64,000 nt of DNA from Eledone cirrhosa. Lineage: Eukaryota. Positions 32,640 through 45,522 of this stretch are shown here, piece by piece. The DNA lies in assembly GCA_964016885.1 (NCBI GenBank), contig OZ024743.1:262446001-262510000 (forward strand), read 5' to 3'. How positions within the stretch are numbered: the stretch's first letter is position 1; the number at the start of each line of letters is the position of its first letter. The notes below the pieces were generated by a model. That model did no database searches. It saw nothing but the letters and a program-made list of their open reading frames with translations, and had not been told where the DNA came from. Made by a program: the position numbers and the translations under genes.

Positions 32640-35600
32640 ACGCCACCATTGCTATTTGGTCCAATCATAACTCAGTGGTTTATAGTAAGTTCTCTTACAA
32701 ATCTGTATAGCAAAGCCACCACCTCGGTTATTACTCCTTAAGTTTAGACCTGGTTGTTTTTCGGTTTGCTAGGTGGGCTGTTGAATTTGGAAATGACAAT
32801 GTCACAGATAAAGATAAATTCACCTCCCGCTGCAGGACGAGAATGCAAGGACCCCTCTGTATTTCAGACATGGATGACCAACATAATTCCGTCTCCCACA
32901 CCCCTCCCTGCCCCTCCAACCCATCCATTCCAGCCACCCAACTTCAGAGTTGGTACCATGAACGTAGGCACATTGAAAGGTTGCTCAAATGAGGTTGTAG
33001 AGATGCTTGAACGCAAGGAAGTTGATGTTTGTTGTGTTCAAGAGACTAGGTGGAGAGGTGGGTCTGCTAGATTCATTGTGGGTAAAAAACGATGCTATAA
33101 ACTTTTCTGGGTGGTAAATGACAACAGACTGGGTGGAGTAGGAATTATGTTAGCTGAAAAATGCCATAAATAGAGTGAATGACAGAATAATTAAAATATG
33201 ACTAGTTCTAAATAGAACTACTGTGACAATAATATCCGCTTATGCACCCAATCTGGTCTACCTGACGTTATAAAGGACAGGTTCTATGAGTCGCTAATGC
33301 ACACTACCTCCCAAATAACCAACAGCGGCTACTTAATTATTGCTGGCGACCTAAATGGTCATGTTGGACAACATAGTGATGGCTATGATGGAATCCATGG
33401 AGGCTATGGGTTTGGTAATAGAAATGAGGAAGGCTTCAGAATCCTGGAATTCTGTGATGCTAATAACCTAACTATCTGTAACACAAAAGCTGTTAGCTGG
33501 GCCCGAGTGGCAGAGACGAAAAGTGGCAACAAATCCACAATTCGATCTTTGCAAGACAAAGATGGACGCATTATACTTGAATCCAAACAGACGTGCGCGG
33601 CGTTCCAGCAGCATTTTGCACAACTGTTCGGGCAAAGCGGTACATCGAGCGAGGTGATGGACTTCAGCTCCTTCCTCGATGGTGTGCCATGACTCTCGAG
33701 CACGGATGCGGAGAGCTGCGAAAGGCCGATCACAGCGGGAGAAATAGAAGATGCCCTAGGCCGTTGCGGGAAACACAAATCACCCGGTTTAGATGGTCTA
33801 CCCTATGAGTTTTACATAGGCATGCCAGACTTGTTCTCTGGCATCCTCGAAGCGGTCTACTGCAAATGGCAGCAGAACGGGAGGATTCCCAGTTCTGTAG
33901 GCAGAGGCGTAGTAACGCTGATCAGGAAAGATGAGAACAAGGGGGATGAGATAAGCAACTTCAGGCCCATAACTCTGCTCAACACAGAGTTAAAGATTTT
34001 GGCCAAGGTGTTAGCAACAATGCTGGCGCTTGTCGTCGAGAACCTGGTATGAGAAGCCCAAACGTGTGCAATCCCGACCAGGTCCATACACGACAACCTC
34101 CACCTCATGCAATACATTATAGAGAGGGTAGGGTGTAAACCTGGCTTTTGTGGGGTTCTGATCAATTTAGATCAGTCTAAGGCATTTGATAGGGTCGACC
34201 ATCAATACTTGGAAGCAGTTCTCAAGGCGGCCGGCTTCAGTGCCGTTTTCAGAGGCTGGATTGCTGCCTTGCACACCAGCATCTGCTCAGCAGTCAAAGT
34301 GAATGGCTACCTATCAGAGCCATTCCAAATCATGCGTTCCATCCGTGAGGGATGCCCTCTCTCCTCCATTCTGTATCTACTGACTCTCGAGCCGTTACTG
34401 CGGAAATTGGAGCTGTTGCAGAGCATCCCGATCGAACCAGGACTGTGGAAAGCAGTGTCAGCCTATGCCCACGACATAACCGTAATGGTATCGAAATCAG
34501 GGTAATCGGCAACCTATTACAGGAATACGAAACGTTGACAGGAGCAAGACTAAACCCAAACAAGTCTGTCGGTTTGCAACTCGGCACATGGAGAGGCAAA
34601 CCCATGCCTTCCGACAGTGTTGTTGGACGCTGGACGGAAGGACCGGTGAAATTGCTCGGGGTCTGGTTCGGTCCAGACCTCCAGGTGGAAAAGAACTGGA
34701 ACGAGGTCACGGCGAAGGTGTTTGCACTCACCCAGAAGTGGGCTGAGTGCAAACTCTCCTTGAAAGGTCGAGCGGAGGTGGCGAACACTTACATAGCGTC
34801 CGTCATCTAATACCGCTTGACAGTCGTGCCTTGCCCCCGCGAATACCTTACCAAAATGGAACGCTTACTCTTCAAGTTCCTCTGGAAGAAACAGGTTCCA
34901 TTGGTGAGGAGATCCATCTGCTGTCAACACTCCTTTAACGGAGGGCTGGGCATGTCGTGGCTGATGATGCGCAAACATGCGCTGAGGCTACACCATCTCC
35001 AGGTATTCCTGACCGGTGAACCGGTGTGGCTGTCGTTTGTGAGACAAGCTCTTCCACAACTCGTCTCACTAACAGAGCTGCAGTCCTGGGTCAAGCGAAG
35101 ACCGAAAATGGGTGCCTGGCACCTCGAGTGCCTACAGGCACTCACAGCCCTCTACCAAGTGGAAACGGCAATCAGCGGAGACTCTACTTCGACATTCTAT
35201 AGGGGATTAGTGGAGGATAAGTGCGACGACGTTCTCGGGGAAACGCTAGGCATCGAGGAGGACGAACTGACCAGTCTGTTCGGAAGGACTTTCCGTCCAG
35301 GGCCTATGGATAACTTCCAGAGGTCTCTGGCGAGGCAGTGCTATCGAGGAGCTCTACCAGTTCGAGACAAAATCTACAGGCACGGACGCCCTGGCAGAGA
35401 TCCTGCCAAAAGGACCTGTCCAAGATGCGAGCAGGACATCAAAACTGTTCTGCACGCAATTTTTCAGTGCCCAGGGGTGACCGACCTGTGGAATTATGTC
35501 AAACAGCTGCTGTCACTTGTGGGGCGCATCCAGTTGTCAGCCGAGTCCATCGTGAGGATCACCCCGCCGCCTTCATTTAAGAACGAAGGAGAGGCGGTTT

Positions 35601-38600
35601 TCCTCTGTCTGGTGGCTATGGCGAAAGAGGTAATATGGTGGACGAGGTTAAAAGGACTGAGGGCAAACACCTTTCTCTCCGGACAACAACTTATCCCTTT
35701 CTTTAAGTATCACTTCAGAAGGAAGGTGAGGGTGGAGAGAGAGGTGCAACACTCCAGTAAATTCGTTGAAAGGTGGGTGAATGTGGCAAAAATGGTCCGA
35801 GTGAATGGGCCTTCTCTGTATATAAACCTGTAGGTTGAGGAAGATAAACAGAGGGAAGACAGGAACACCTACAAAACGTGTTCCTGGTGTTGAGGGTTGT
35901 TCTATCCACGGGGTGTAAAACAACCCTGCAGTAATGTTCCCCCCTATTGGGGATTTCAATTGTTATTTTATTATATAGAGTTTATTGTTATTTATTAATG
36001 TTAAAGTTATTTTTATGTAAAACCCCTGCCGTCACGTCTTGTAATGTCCCATTTTTGTACGCCCCTGTGGCAAATAAAGAAAGATATTTGTAACACAAAC
36101 TTCAAAAAACGAGACAATCACTTGATCACCAATAGATCAGGAGAGCACGCCAGCTAGATAAATTATATCCTTACTAGAAGACGTGACAAAGTGTCTGTTG
36201 TAAACACTGATGCTTTTGACAGTAAGGAAGAGCAATAAGGATGTACAATATAGAGGAACAGTGGGAATTCTTGAAAGTTAACCTGCTGAAGGCAACGGAT
36301 GAAATCTGTGGCTGGAACAGACCTATTGGCAGGAGGAGAGTAACTTGGTGGTGGAACCGTAAGGTAGAGTGACAATCAAGGCCAAAAAGCAGGCTTGGAA
36401 AGTAAGGCAGGATGGGGGAAGTAGAGAACACTATCAAGTGGCCAGGAGACAAGTGTACTTCGCAAGAAGAGAAGCAGAGGATAGAAAGTTCAAGCATATT
36501 CTACAACGCGAGGACCAAAAACGTGAGGTGTTCAGGATTGCTAGACAATGTGTCAAGGAAAACCGTGATATTGTTGGGGAGAAGTGTGTCCGTAATGATA
36601 ACGGTGTACTTGCCCTCACTGATACTGATAAGAAGGTAGCTTGGAAGTGTCACTACGAGAGACTACTAAATGAGGAGAATAAATGGGAAAAAGATAGTCT
36701 GCCCCAAATTGATCCAATAGAAGGACCAGCGGTGCAAGTTAAAGGTAGTATAATAAGTAAGGCAATCAAAGATATGAAGACAGGCAAGGCAGCTGGGCCT
36801 TCGGAGATAGTTGCTGAGATGTTGAAAGCATCTGGAATGGTGGGACATACTATGGTCACCCGTATAGTAAACCAAGTAGTACAGAATGGGGTCATACCAA
36901 ATGACTGGTGTAACAGCATCATCATTAACTACTACAAGCGTAAAGAGGATGCCCTAGATAGGGGAAACTATAGAGGCATTAAGTTAATTGACCAGGTCAT
37001 GAAGGTCACAGAAAGAGTTATAGCACAACTAATAAGAGATCGAATTGATCTAGATGAAAATCAGTTAGGGTTTGTGTCAGGTAAAAGTACCACAGACATT
37101 CTTTTCCTTGTGCTACAACCACAGGAGAAGTACCTAGCTAAAAGTAAACCCCTCTACTTAGCTTTTGTAGACCTGGAGAAAGCCTTTGACAGAGTCCCCC
37201 GCTCCATTATCTGGTGGGCTCTTAGAAAACTAGGTGTAGATGAATGGCTTGTGAGAGCTATACAAGCCTTGTATAAAGAAACAGTCAGTAAGGTTAGAAT
37301 TAACAATGAATATAGTGAAGAATTTAGTGTAAAAGTTGGTGTTCAAGGCTTTGTCCTTAGCCCCTCTTATTTATTATTGCCCTTCAGGCTATAACAGAGG
37401 AGTTTAAGACCAGCTGCCCATGGGAACTTTTATTGCAGATGATCTAACTTTCATAGCTGAATCTATGGCCGAACTAGAGAAGAAATTCCAGGCATGGAAG
37501 CATGGCCTAGAATCAAAAGGCCTTAAAGTTAACATGTCTAAGATTAAAGTTCTAGTATGTAGAAAGGAAAATAAGGGACAGGTGCCCTCTGGGAAATGGC
37601 CATGCTCAGTGTGTAGGAAAGGAGTAGGTAGAAATTCCAGTTTATGTCCCAAATGCAAACTATGGGTACTTAAAAGATGTAGTGGAATCACAGGTAAGCT
37701 ATCTAAGAACGTAGATTTTATATGTGGCCGATGCTGAGGTGCAATAAGTAGCAAGTGCCCACAAGATGCTAGCTCCTTCTATTGCCCAGATGGTTCTATA
37801 GAAATAGTGGAGACTTTCTGTTACCTGGATGACAAAATCAGCAGTGGTGGAGGGTGCTCTGAAAGTACAGTAGCCAGAGTCAGAACGAGATGGAAAAAGT
37901 TCAGAGAGCTGATACTGCTGTTGGCCACAAAAGGTTTCTCTCTAAAAATGAAAGGTAGATTGTATGATGCCTGCATACAAACAGCAATGTTACATGGCAG
38001 TGAAACATGGGCATTGTGTGCAGAGGACCTGCGTAGACTGGAAAGGAATGAAGCATACATGCTCCGTTAGATGTGTAATAGTAATATACGCGAACGGCAA
38101 AACATAAATGACTAAGTGAGAAATTAGGAATAAGAGGGATCAGATGCTGTTTACTTGAGAGAAGACTACATTAGTATGGTCACATGATGCACATGAAAGA
38201 TGACAGCTGTATAAAAAAGTGCAGGGCGATCAAAATTGATGGAAGTTACGGAGTAGGTAGACCCAGAAAAACCTGGGACGATTTGATTAATTCCAACCTT
38301 ACACACTTGCACCTCTCTAAAACAATGTCATTGGACCGAGATCTTTGGTGCTACGCAGTAATACAGAAGACCCGCCTTGCCTATATACAAAGCGAAACCT
38401 ACAGTCAGTAGGCACCTCTTAACCAAATATACACCCCTACTCCATCCTCCCACTCCCACCAACACCACCGTTTCTCTGTAAAGTTGGTACCACAACATCC
38501 AGTCCAAATTAATGAGATAATGAGATTGAGATCGTGTAGGTGTCACAACAAAAAAAACACAAGTCCATGCTGTAATGTGGTCGTGTAGGTAACACGGTAA

Positions 38601-38780
38601 AAAGTTCCCAGTCCACACTGTAAATGTGGTTGGTGTTAGGAACGGCATCCAACCATAGAAAACCTGCCAGATAGTCGTATACGAGCGAGACAAGGTCACC
38701 CGACCAACCTTGCCTCAAATTGGGAAACTCCCGTCTAACCCATGCTAGCATGGAAGATGGATGTTAAACGATGATGATGA
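32640..38780 (+). mobile_element. RTE family A LINE, decayed full-length copy split by a Tx1 insertion
   Basis: APE (GTMNVGTL, VQETRW, AGDLNGHVG), RT (NYRGIKL, FVDLEKAFDRV, ADD), PHD-like Cys array, C-terminal GRPRKTW and a (GAT)n tail. The 5' boundary is approximate. Confidence 0.92.
33488..36088 (+). mobile_element. Tx1/L1-clade LINE, 5'-truncated, with 11-bp TSD
   Basis: TSD TGTAACACAAA at 33477-33487 and 36089-36099. RT motifs, C-terminal CPRC..H...C zinc knuckle, stop at 35833, and AATAAA near 36073. Confidence 0.93.
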
Positions 38781-38834
38781 TATATATATATACATACACA
38801 CATACAATATATATATATATATGTTTGTGTGAGC

Positions 38835-39202
38835 ATGAGCATACGCTGCTGGAAGTGCAATCTTAGTGTGTCTAAACAATGATATGGATGAACTGAGAGA
38901 AAAACTAGGTATATGAGAAATGAGACCTGTGCAGAAATGGGGTGATCTCAAATCGCTGAACCTCAGAGAAGAGATGGTAAAAAGAGGCTGTGCTAGAAAA
39001 GACCAGTCCAACTCATGCAAGCATAGAAAAGGGGTAGACCCCGAGCAAGATGGTTGGATAACGTCCATGAGCTTAGCTGGTCTTGCTTGGGGATCCAGCC
39101 AGATCAATTGGAGATGGTTGCTTCTGAAAGGACCTGCTGGAATGAGTGCTTGAGGAGTCTTCCCCCATGAGCTTCTCAGGAATAAGTGGGCGAAGAAGAA
39201 AA
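38835..39202 (+). mobile_element. Composite RTE 3' fragments ending in a family B (GAA)n tail
   Basis: GGGGTAGACCC...GATGGTTGGATAACGTCCATGAGC...CTCAGGAATAAGTGGGCGAAGAAGAA. Confidence 0.7.
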
Positions 39203-39289
39203 AGAAGTTCTTTATTCAGAAAGAAAAAGAATTTTGGCGTTTCAAATTAGAGTAATAGGATTTGAAAATTTTTTCAAACCAACACTACT

Positions 39290-39655
39290 GTTCTTCTTCT
39301 CCTCCTCATTCCTGAGAGGGTCGTGCAGGCAGAGTCCTCAAACACTCCTTCCAGTGGGTCCTGTCAGAAACAACCATCTCCAACTGATCCAGCTGGATCT
39401 CCAAGCATGACCAGCCAAGCTCATGGATGTTATTCAGCCATCTTGCTTGGGGGTCTACTCCTAGGTCTCCTGTCGGTTGGTTTTGCTTGTAAAATCTGTT
39501 CAGTGATTCTTTCCTGAGACATTCTAACTACATGCCCAAAGTATCAGAGCTGTGATCTCAGAATTCAGAAAAGTAGCAACTCTACTTGGAGTGTCTCTCT
39601 GAGCTATGCACTCTATTGATTAACGTTACTCCAAAGACCCTTCAGAGGAACCCTC
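39290..39655 (-). mobile_element. RTE family B 3' fragment
   Basis: Colinear with 20190-20565 and inverted relative to 39030-39202. Confidence 0.8.
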
Positions 39656-39787
39656 TAAACATGCTCCATTAAAATATTAAGCATTATTGTTTTAAGAAAT
39701 CTATGTTTTTAGAAACCTGTAGCTTCTTGTAGAGTTGTAGGGGCACTGTAATGGCATATATCATTTCTTGGGTATTTTTTTTTACAC

Positions 39788-39996
39788 CTGGCAGATGTCA
39801 CCGATGTTATCTAAGTGAAAGACTAAGGCTGATACAGCTTGGCACCAGTGATGTCACAACTCATTTCTACAGCTCAGTAATCTGGAGCAGTGTGAAATAA
39901 AGTGTCTTGCTCAAGGACACAATGCATCACCCATTCTGAGAATCGAACACAATCTCATGATAGCAAGCCCAACGCTCTAACCACTAAGACATATGC
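39788..39996 (-). mobile_element. CORE-type SINE
   Basis: CTGGAGCAGTGTGAAATAAAGTGTCTTGCTCAAGGACACA...ATCGAAC...CTCTAACCACTAAGAC. Confidence 0.8.
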
Positions 39997-40589
39997 CTTT
40001 TTTTTTATATTACATTGTTGAATATATCCTCCTGTTTTGTAGGGTGCACGTTGAGGGAATTGGCTGCTATTTCCAGCAGGTTACATGACTAAATAGTAGC
40101 TCCCTCGTTATATTGCATGACAACCCTGTTTTTCTTCTTTTTTCTAAAAAAGTAACATTGAAATATAATCTCTATTTTATAGTACACATTTCCTGGCTTG
40201 AAGTTGTAAATTTAAAAACATATTTATTTATTTATTTCGAAATGATTCCCAAATTTCTTTTTATGAGATTTTTTTATTTTTACGAGAATGTGTTATTTTA
40301 TACAAATTATATCTATTATACATAGCTAATCTCTTGAACTTTATGAAGCACTGAAAGGATAAAGTTAATATAAAGAGTGGTGTGCTTATGCATGCAAGTG
40401 TTATAACATAGCTTATAGAATAGGGTGAAAACCCTTAAAAAGGAAAAAGAAGTTGCCATCAGCCACTATGAGTAATCGAAACTTGTATCTCTCAGATATT
40501 GACTTGGCACTTTGAACCATTAAACCAAGGGACCGTGATAACTCTTACTATCTTAAATTAGGTAGCTGAATCACAGCTTTTAAATGTCA

Positions 40590-41210
40590 ACAAGCGTATA
40601 TGTAGCTGAGCTCCCAGACTTTTACGAAGTGCTGAGGGAACAGATTAATATTAAAGTGTGGTAACCTGGTGGTGGAACAACATTGTGGATAATGGTGTGA
40701 AAGAAAACAGGCAGGTCTAGAAAGACTGGAGAAATGGGGGAAGTAAAGATTGATATCAAGTAGCTAAAAGAGAAGCTAGACAACAGTTATACATAGCACA
40801 CAAAGAAGCTGAAAGCAGGAGGTTTGCCAATGTCTTGTGATATGAGGATCAGAGATGTGAGGTGTTACACATTGCTAAGCAAGCCGTTATTGGGGGGAAA
40901 ATGTGTACAAAATGACACTGGCATACTCAGTGTCACAGACGTCTAAAAGAAGGAAGTCTATTATGAGAGGTTGATGAATGAGTGGGAGGAAGAGAGACAA
41001 CCTCGAGCTGATCCAACAGAGGAACCAGCTCTCGAAATTGACAGGTATAGGTTTAAGGAAGCAATCAAGGAAATGAAAAATGGTATGGCCTCATAAGTTG
41101 CTGAGATGCTGAAATCTTCTGAGGAAGTAGGTGTTAAACAGTCACCATCATAATCAATCAGGTAATACAAGATGGAGTCATGCCAAATGACTGGTTTAAC
41201 AGTATACTCA
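40590..41210 (+). pseudogene. Old RTE ORF2 remnant
   Basis: VTWWWNN, YQVAKREARQQ.Y, YERLMNE, VAEMLK and MPNDW motifs, with many lesions. Confidence 0.75.
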
Positions 41211-42225
41211 TCTATTTTTACAACTGTGGGTATGCTGTGAGATGAGTTAGGTTCCTCATATCAATGCCATTCAGTATTGGGCTCCAAAACTATGGTTCCA
41301 CTGTGAGATGGGTAGGCTTCGAAAATATGGTTCTGTTTTGAGTTGGGTTCCCTGCAGCCAACTGGCCTGTCCTTCTTCATAATGGAGCCATCCAGTTTCA
41401 CACTGTAAATGTAGTTCATGTTAGGAAGGGTATCCCGCTGTAAAATACCCGGCCAAATTTAGTCCTCACCAGAACAAGGTGCAACATTGCCAACTCTGGC
41501 CAGACTTGCCTCCTGGCATGGACAACCCATGCAAGCTTGGAAAAATGGACGTTAAGCAGTGATGATGATGTTGCCGCCACCCACCTCTATTGATCGTTGT
41601 ATTTCCATATTTCTGAAGAAAAAAAAATATTCTTTTCAAATATTTTAAAAATTAGCCATAATTTGAAGAGATTTATTAATGTAACTAACTTTCCTATTAT
41701 TAAGTTAATGTTTGGAACATAAATTAACAAAGCATCTAACATAAAATTATGATGGAAGGTTTTTAGATAAATATAACATTTTCAAACAAATTGTCTAGTG
41801 ACAGAACTAGGGGTAGTTTCAAGTAGTTTGTTATCAAAAGTGTAAAGATTTTTTTTTCAAATGTTAGTTGCCTTGTTATTAACGTGGGTGGTCTCACATT
41901 TGAACATGAAGTTTTGATCCATGTGAAGAAAGTGTAGAGGGAGCAATTTCTTTGCAGTGTCATTTCTTCAAAATATCAAAAGAGGGTGGGGCATGACTCT
42001 ACAAGCTATAGGGAGTTGTCAAACCCAACATTTTAAGTACTCTTAGCATATAAACTGCCTGTGTTTTTACTATTCCTCCTGGGATCACTTCATATATCTT
42101 GACTGCAGCAACCAATAAAATCAGTGCAGTATATAATTGTTTCTTTACGAATGTGAATGTTTGTGTGGCTGCATTTATATATATTAAAAAACCTGCTGGC
42201 ATATATACATAAATTAGTACATATG

Positions 42226-42293
<68 letters not shown>

Positions 42294-43204
42294 TCTCTTT
42301 TCTCCTAGTTTATTTTACACCTAATTCTGTTTAATTGACTGTATATCTGGGCGATTACGCTGTCGAAATATTCGATAAATATTCCGTTGCAGCCGGCGCG
42401 AAGGGCTGGTTTCGGTAATTTGTTGGAGATTTCTTCATAGAAGCCTTATTCTTATAGCCTGGTCTATTCGATTTTTTATATGGTTAATTGTGCTAATTGG
42501 GAGAGGAAATGGTATATATTTTATCTGGTGATAGACATGTTTTATGATATATATATATATATTTATATATATATACACATACATACATATATATATTTAT
42601 ATATACACATACATACATATATTTATATATACATATACACATCCACCACACACACAACTTTAAACTCACATACATATACACTACATACATACACCCACCA
42701 AATCACACATACACACACACAACCACATGCACCGATTTACATTCATATAAAATGAGAATAAAAGTAGTTTATCTGATTACTCTTTTTCTGACCATGAAGA
42801 TATTGTATAGAAATACAGATATTTATGCCTGTCTGTTACATACATTGTGGCTTAAAATCAATGGATATATTCTACAGTACAGCATAGCACTGAAATACAA
42901 TACTGTTAATGCATGAAACACTTATTAACTGGACTAGTAGCTAAGAATGTATTATTGGTCTGTTCAATTTACTTAAGCCCTTAGTAATAGTGGTTAAAAA
43001 GATCTATAGATATAATCTACAGTATGTATATATGGGCCCATAACTCCTGATAAAGTTGTAGGGGCACTGTATTGATATACAATGTTTCTTGGGCATTTTA
43101 AGGCTGGCGGAGCCGATCCCTCTCCAGGCCTGAGGGCAGCAGATTTCTTTCAGAGAAAGTTAGAAAGTAAGAGAGAGGAAATAAAAGAGAGATATAGAGG
43201 AAGA

Positions 43205-43362
43205 ATCAACCCCATTACTAGACTGGTACTTTTTTATCGACCTCAAAAAGATGAAAGGCAAAGTTGACCTCGGTGGGATTTGAACTCTGAGAGCAAAGAG
43301 CTGGAATGAATACCATAATGCATTCTATCCGACATTGTAATGACTCTAACAATTTGCTGCCT
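43205..43362 (-). mobile_element. SINE S1-related copy
   Basis: GACTGGTACTTTTTTATCGACC...GATGAAAGGCAAAGTTGACCTCGGTGGGATTTGAACTC. Confidence 0.75.
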
Positions 43363-43737
43363 TTGCAGTACACTATAGCATAGTTAAATGATGATAATTA
43401 TGTCAATATATATAAGGAATTGAAATAGCAATAGAAGCTTCACTGTAATATTTTGAGTAAATGATATAGTCTAATAATGGGGCAAATAAACCCAGTGAAT
43501 GAAAAAAGATGGGTATCAGCACAAGGGTATCAAACTCACACCTCTTGTTTGTTGGATGAGTATGCTACCATTACGCCAATGAATTCACTTAGCCTTTTCC
43601 ATTATTTTTCGTAGCTATAACTAAATAGCAATATGTAAACATAGGAAGAATGTTTGGAACACTGCAAGCAAACTTTAGAATTGAAATAGAAAAGAAGCTT
43701 TGGCGTAACATTTTGACTAAACAATATAGTTTAATAA

Positions 43738-44060
43738 CTACCCCCACCCCATCCACACCACCCCTTTCAATGTAAAGTTATGTTGGTACCACAACATCCA
43801 GGCCGAAACAAATGAGGTCATGTAGGTGTCACGACAAAAAAACACACAGTCCACACTGTAATGTGGCCGTGTAGGTAACACGGTAAAAACCTCCCAGTTC
43901 CACACTGTAAATGTGGTTGGTGTTAGGAAGGGCATCTAGCCGTAGAAAACCCGCCAGACAGTCCTATGTGAGCAAGACAACCACTCTTGCCTCAAGTGGA
44001 AAAACTCCCGTCCAAACCCATGCAAGCGTGGAATATGGACGTTAAACGATGATGATGATG
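43738..44060 (+). mobile_element. RTE family A 3' UTR (5'-truncated)
   Basis: Matches 53170-53500. Confidence 0.9.
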
Positions 44061-44100
44061 AATGAGGCTTATAAACCCACTTTTTACATATCACTATCAA

Positions 44101-44315
44101 CCCTTTAGCATTTAAACGGGCCATATCCAGCCAGAATTCTTACCGCTTTCTGTTCAAACTGGTCATACTCGGCAACTCATACAGACATTAAGGTATTGTT
44201 CTCAAAATGAATAATATCAAAATTTCGTAGATTTGATATTTGAGATAATTACTTAAGATAAAGTCTTTACCGTGAAAATATAGTGGTATTATAGAGTAAT
44301 GTGAATGCTAAACTG
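44101..44315. mobile_element. piggyBac-type MITE (third copy)
   Basis: TCAA|CCCTTTAGCATTTA...TGAATGCTAAACTG|TTAA, colinear with the copy at 12578. Confidence 0.8.
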
Positions 44316-44521
44316 TTAAGTTATAGCTTCTAAAAATAATGGAAAAAGCTGTTTTCTTTATAATATATATATTATAAAGAAAACAAAAAATCAGTGATGC
44401 ATCTGCAATTGTTACAATTGTTTCTCCGGCAGGTAGCTCGAGATGTGGTCCTTGTATGGATCCAGCTGATTCTACTTCTGCAGGGTCATTCAGACACGAG
44501 TATTTCGTTAGAAGCAAATTT

Positions 44522-44607
44522 TAGGGTATTAAATGATAATTATGTCAATATACTGTATATATATATATATATACAGTATATTGACATAATTATCATTTAA
44601 TACCCTA
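44522..44607. repeat. Perfect 86-bp palindrome centred on (TA)9
   Basis: TAGGGTATTAAATGATAATTATGTCAATATACTG-(TA)9-CAGTATATTGACATAATTATCATTTAATACCCTA. Confidence 0.97.
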
Positions 44608-45120
44608 CCCACCAGGCCACATGCCTTTCATGAGATTTCTGGGAATAGATCTTTGGAAACAGCTTGACCACACCTTTCTTGTCTGTCAGCACCATTTACA
44701 TCATCATCATCATCAGCATCGTCACTATCATCATCTGTGCTTCATAATTTATCAACAAACAGGAAGTAAAATTGGGGAGGGTTGGGCAAAGTCTTCTGGG
44801 TAAGAATTATGACTGAACAGGAAGTGGATAGAACCCTCCCTTTTTTACCCCCACCTACCCTCACCCACCCTCAACTTTCATTCATACAGTCATTCATTCC
44901 TTCCTTCTTTTCTTTCTTTTTAATTTCTTTTAAAGGAGACTTCATGTTTAACTAGGCCACACTGTTTACATGAAGATTAAATGGAGGAGGAAGTTTGGCC
45001 TCAATAGCGAACAACAACAACAACTAATAATAATAATGATAATAAGAAAAAATAAATAACAATAAAATGTCTTCTAAGTTTTATGCACTTATTCTAAAAC
45101 TACTGGTTAATACAGCTAAC

Positions 45121-45522
45121 AGGGTGGAGTGTAGGTCGAGGTGGGGTGTGTTGGTCGAACGAGGTGGGGTGGTGGTGGTAGAACGAGGTGGGGTTGAGTT
45201 AGAGTGGGGTGGTGGAGGTAGAACAAGGTGGGTGGTGGTAGAATGAGGTGGGGTGGAGGTAGAGCTAGGTGGGTGGAGGTAGAGCTAGGTGGGGGTGGGT
45301 GGTGGTAGAACGAGGTGGGGGTGTGTTGGAGGTCGAACGAGGTGGGGTGGTGGTAGAATATGGGGGTGGTGGTAGAACGAGGTGGGGTGGTGGTAGAATA
45401 TGGGGGTGGTGGTAGAACGATGTGGGGTGGAGGTAGAACGAAGTGGGGGTGGAGGTAGAGCTAGGTGGGGTGGGGTGGAGGTAGAATGGGGTGGGGTGGT
45501 GGTGGTAGAACGAGGTAGGGGC
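45121..45522 (+). repeat. G-rich ~21-bp minisatellite (GAGGTGGGGTGGTGGTAGAAC)
   Basis: More than 15 degenerate tandem units. Confidence 0.9.

Noticed and set aside
44308-44517. Non-repetitive, coding-looking ORF
   Set aside because: No convincing splice sites or recognisable motifs on either strand.
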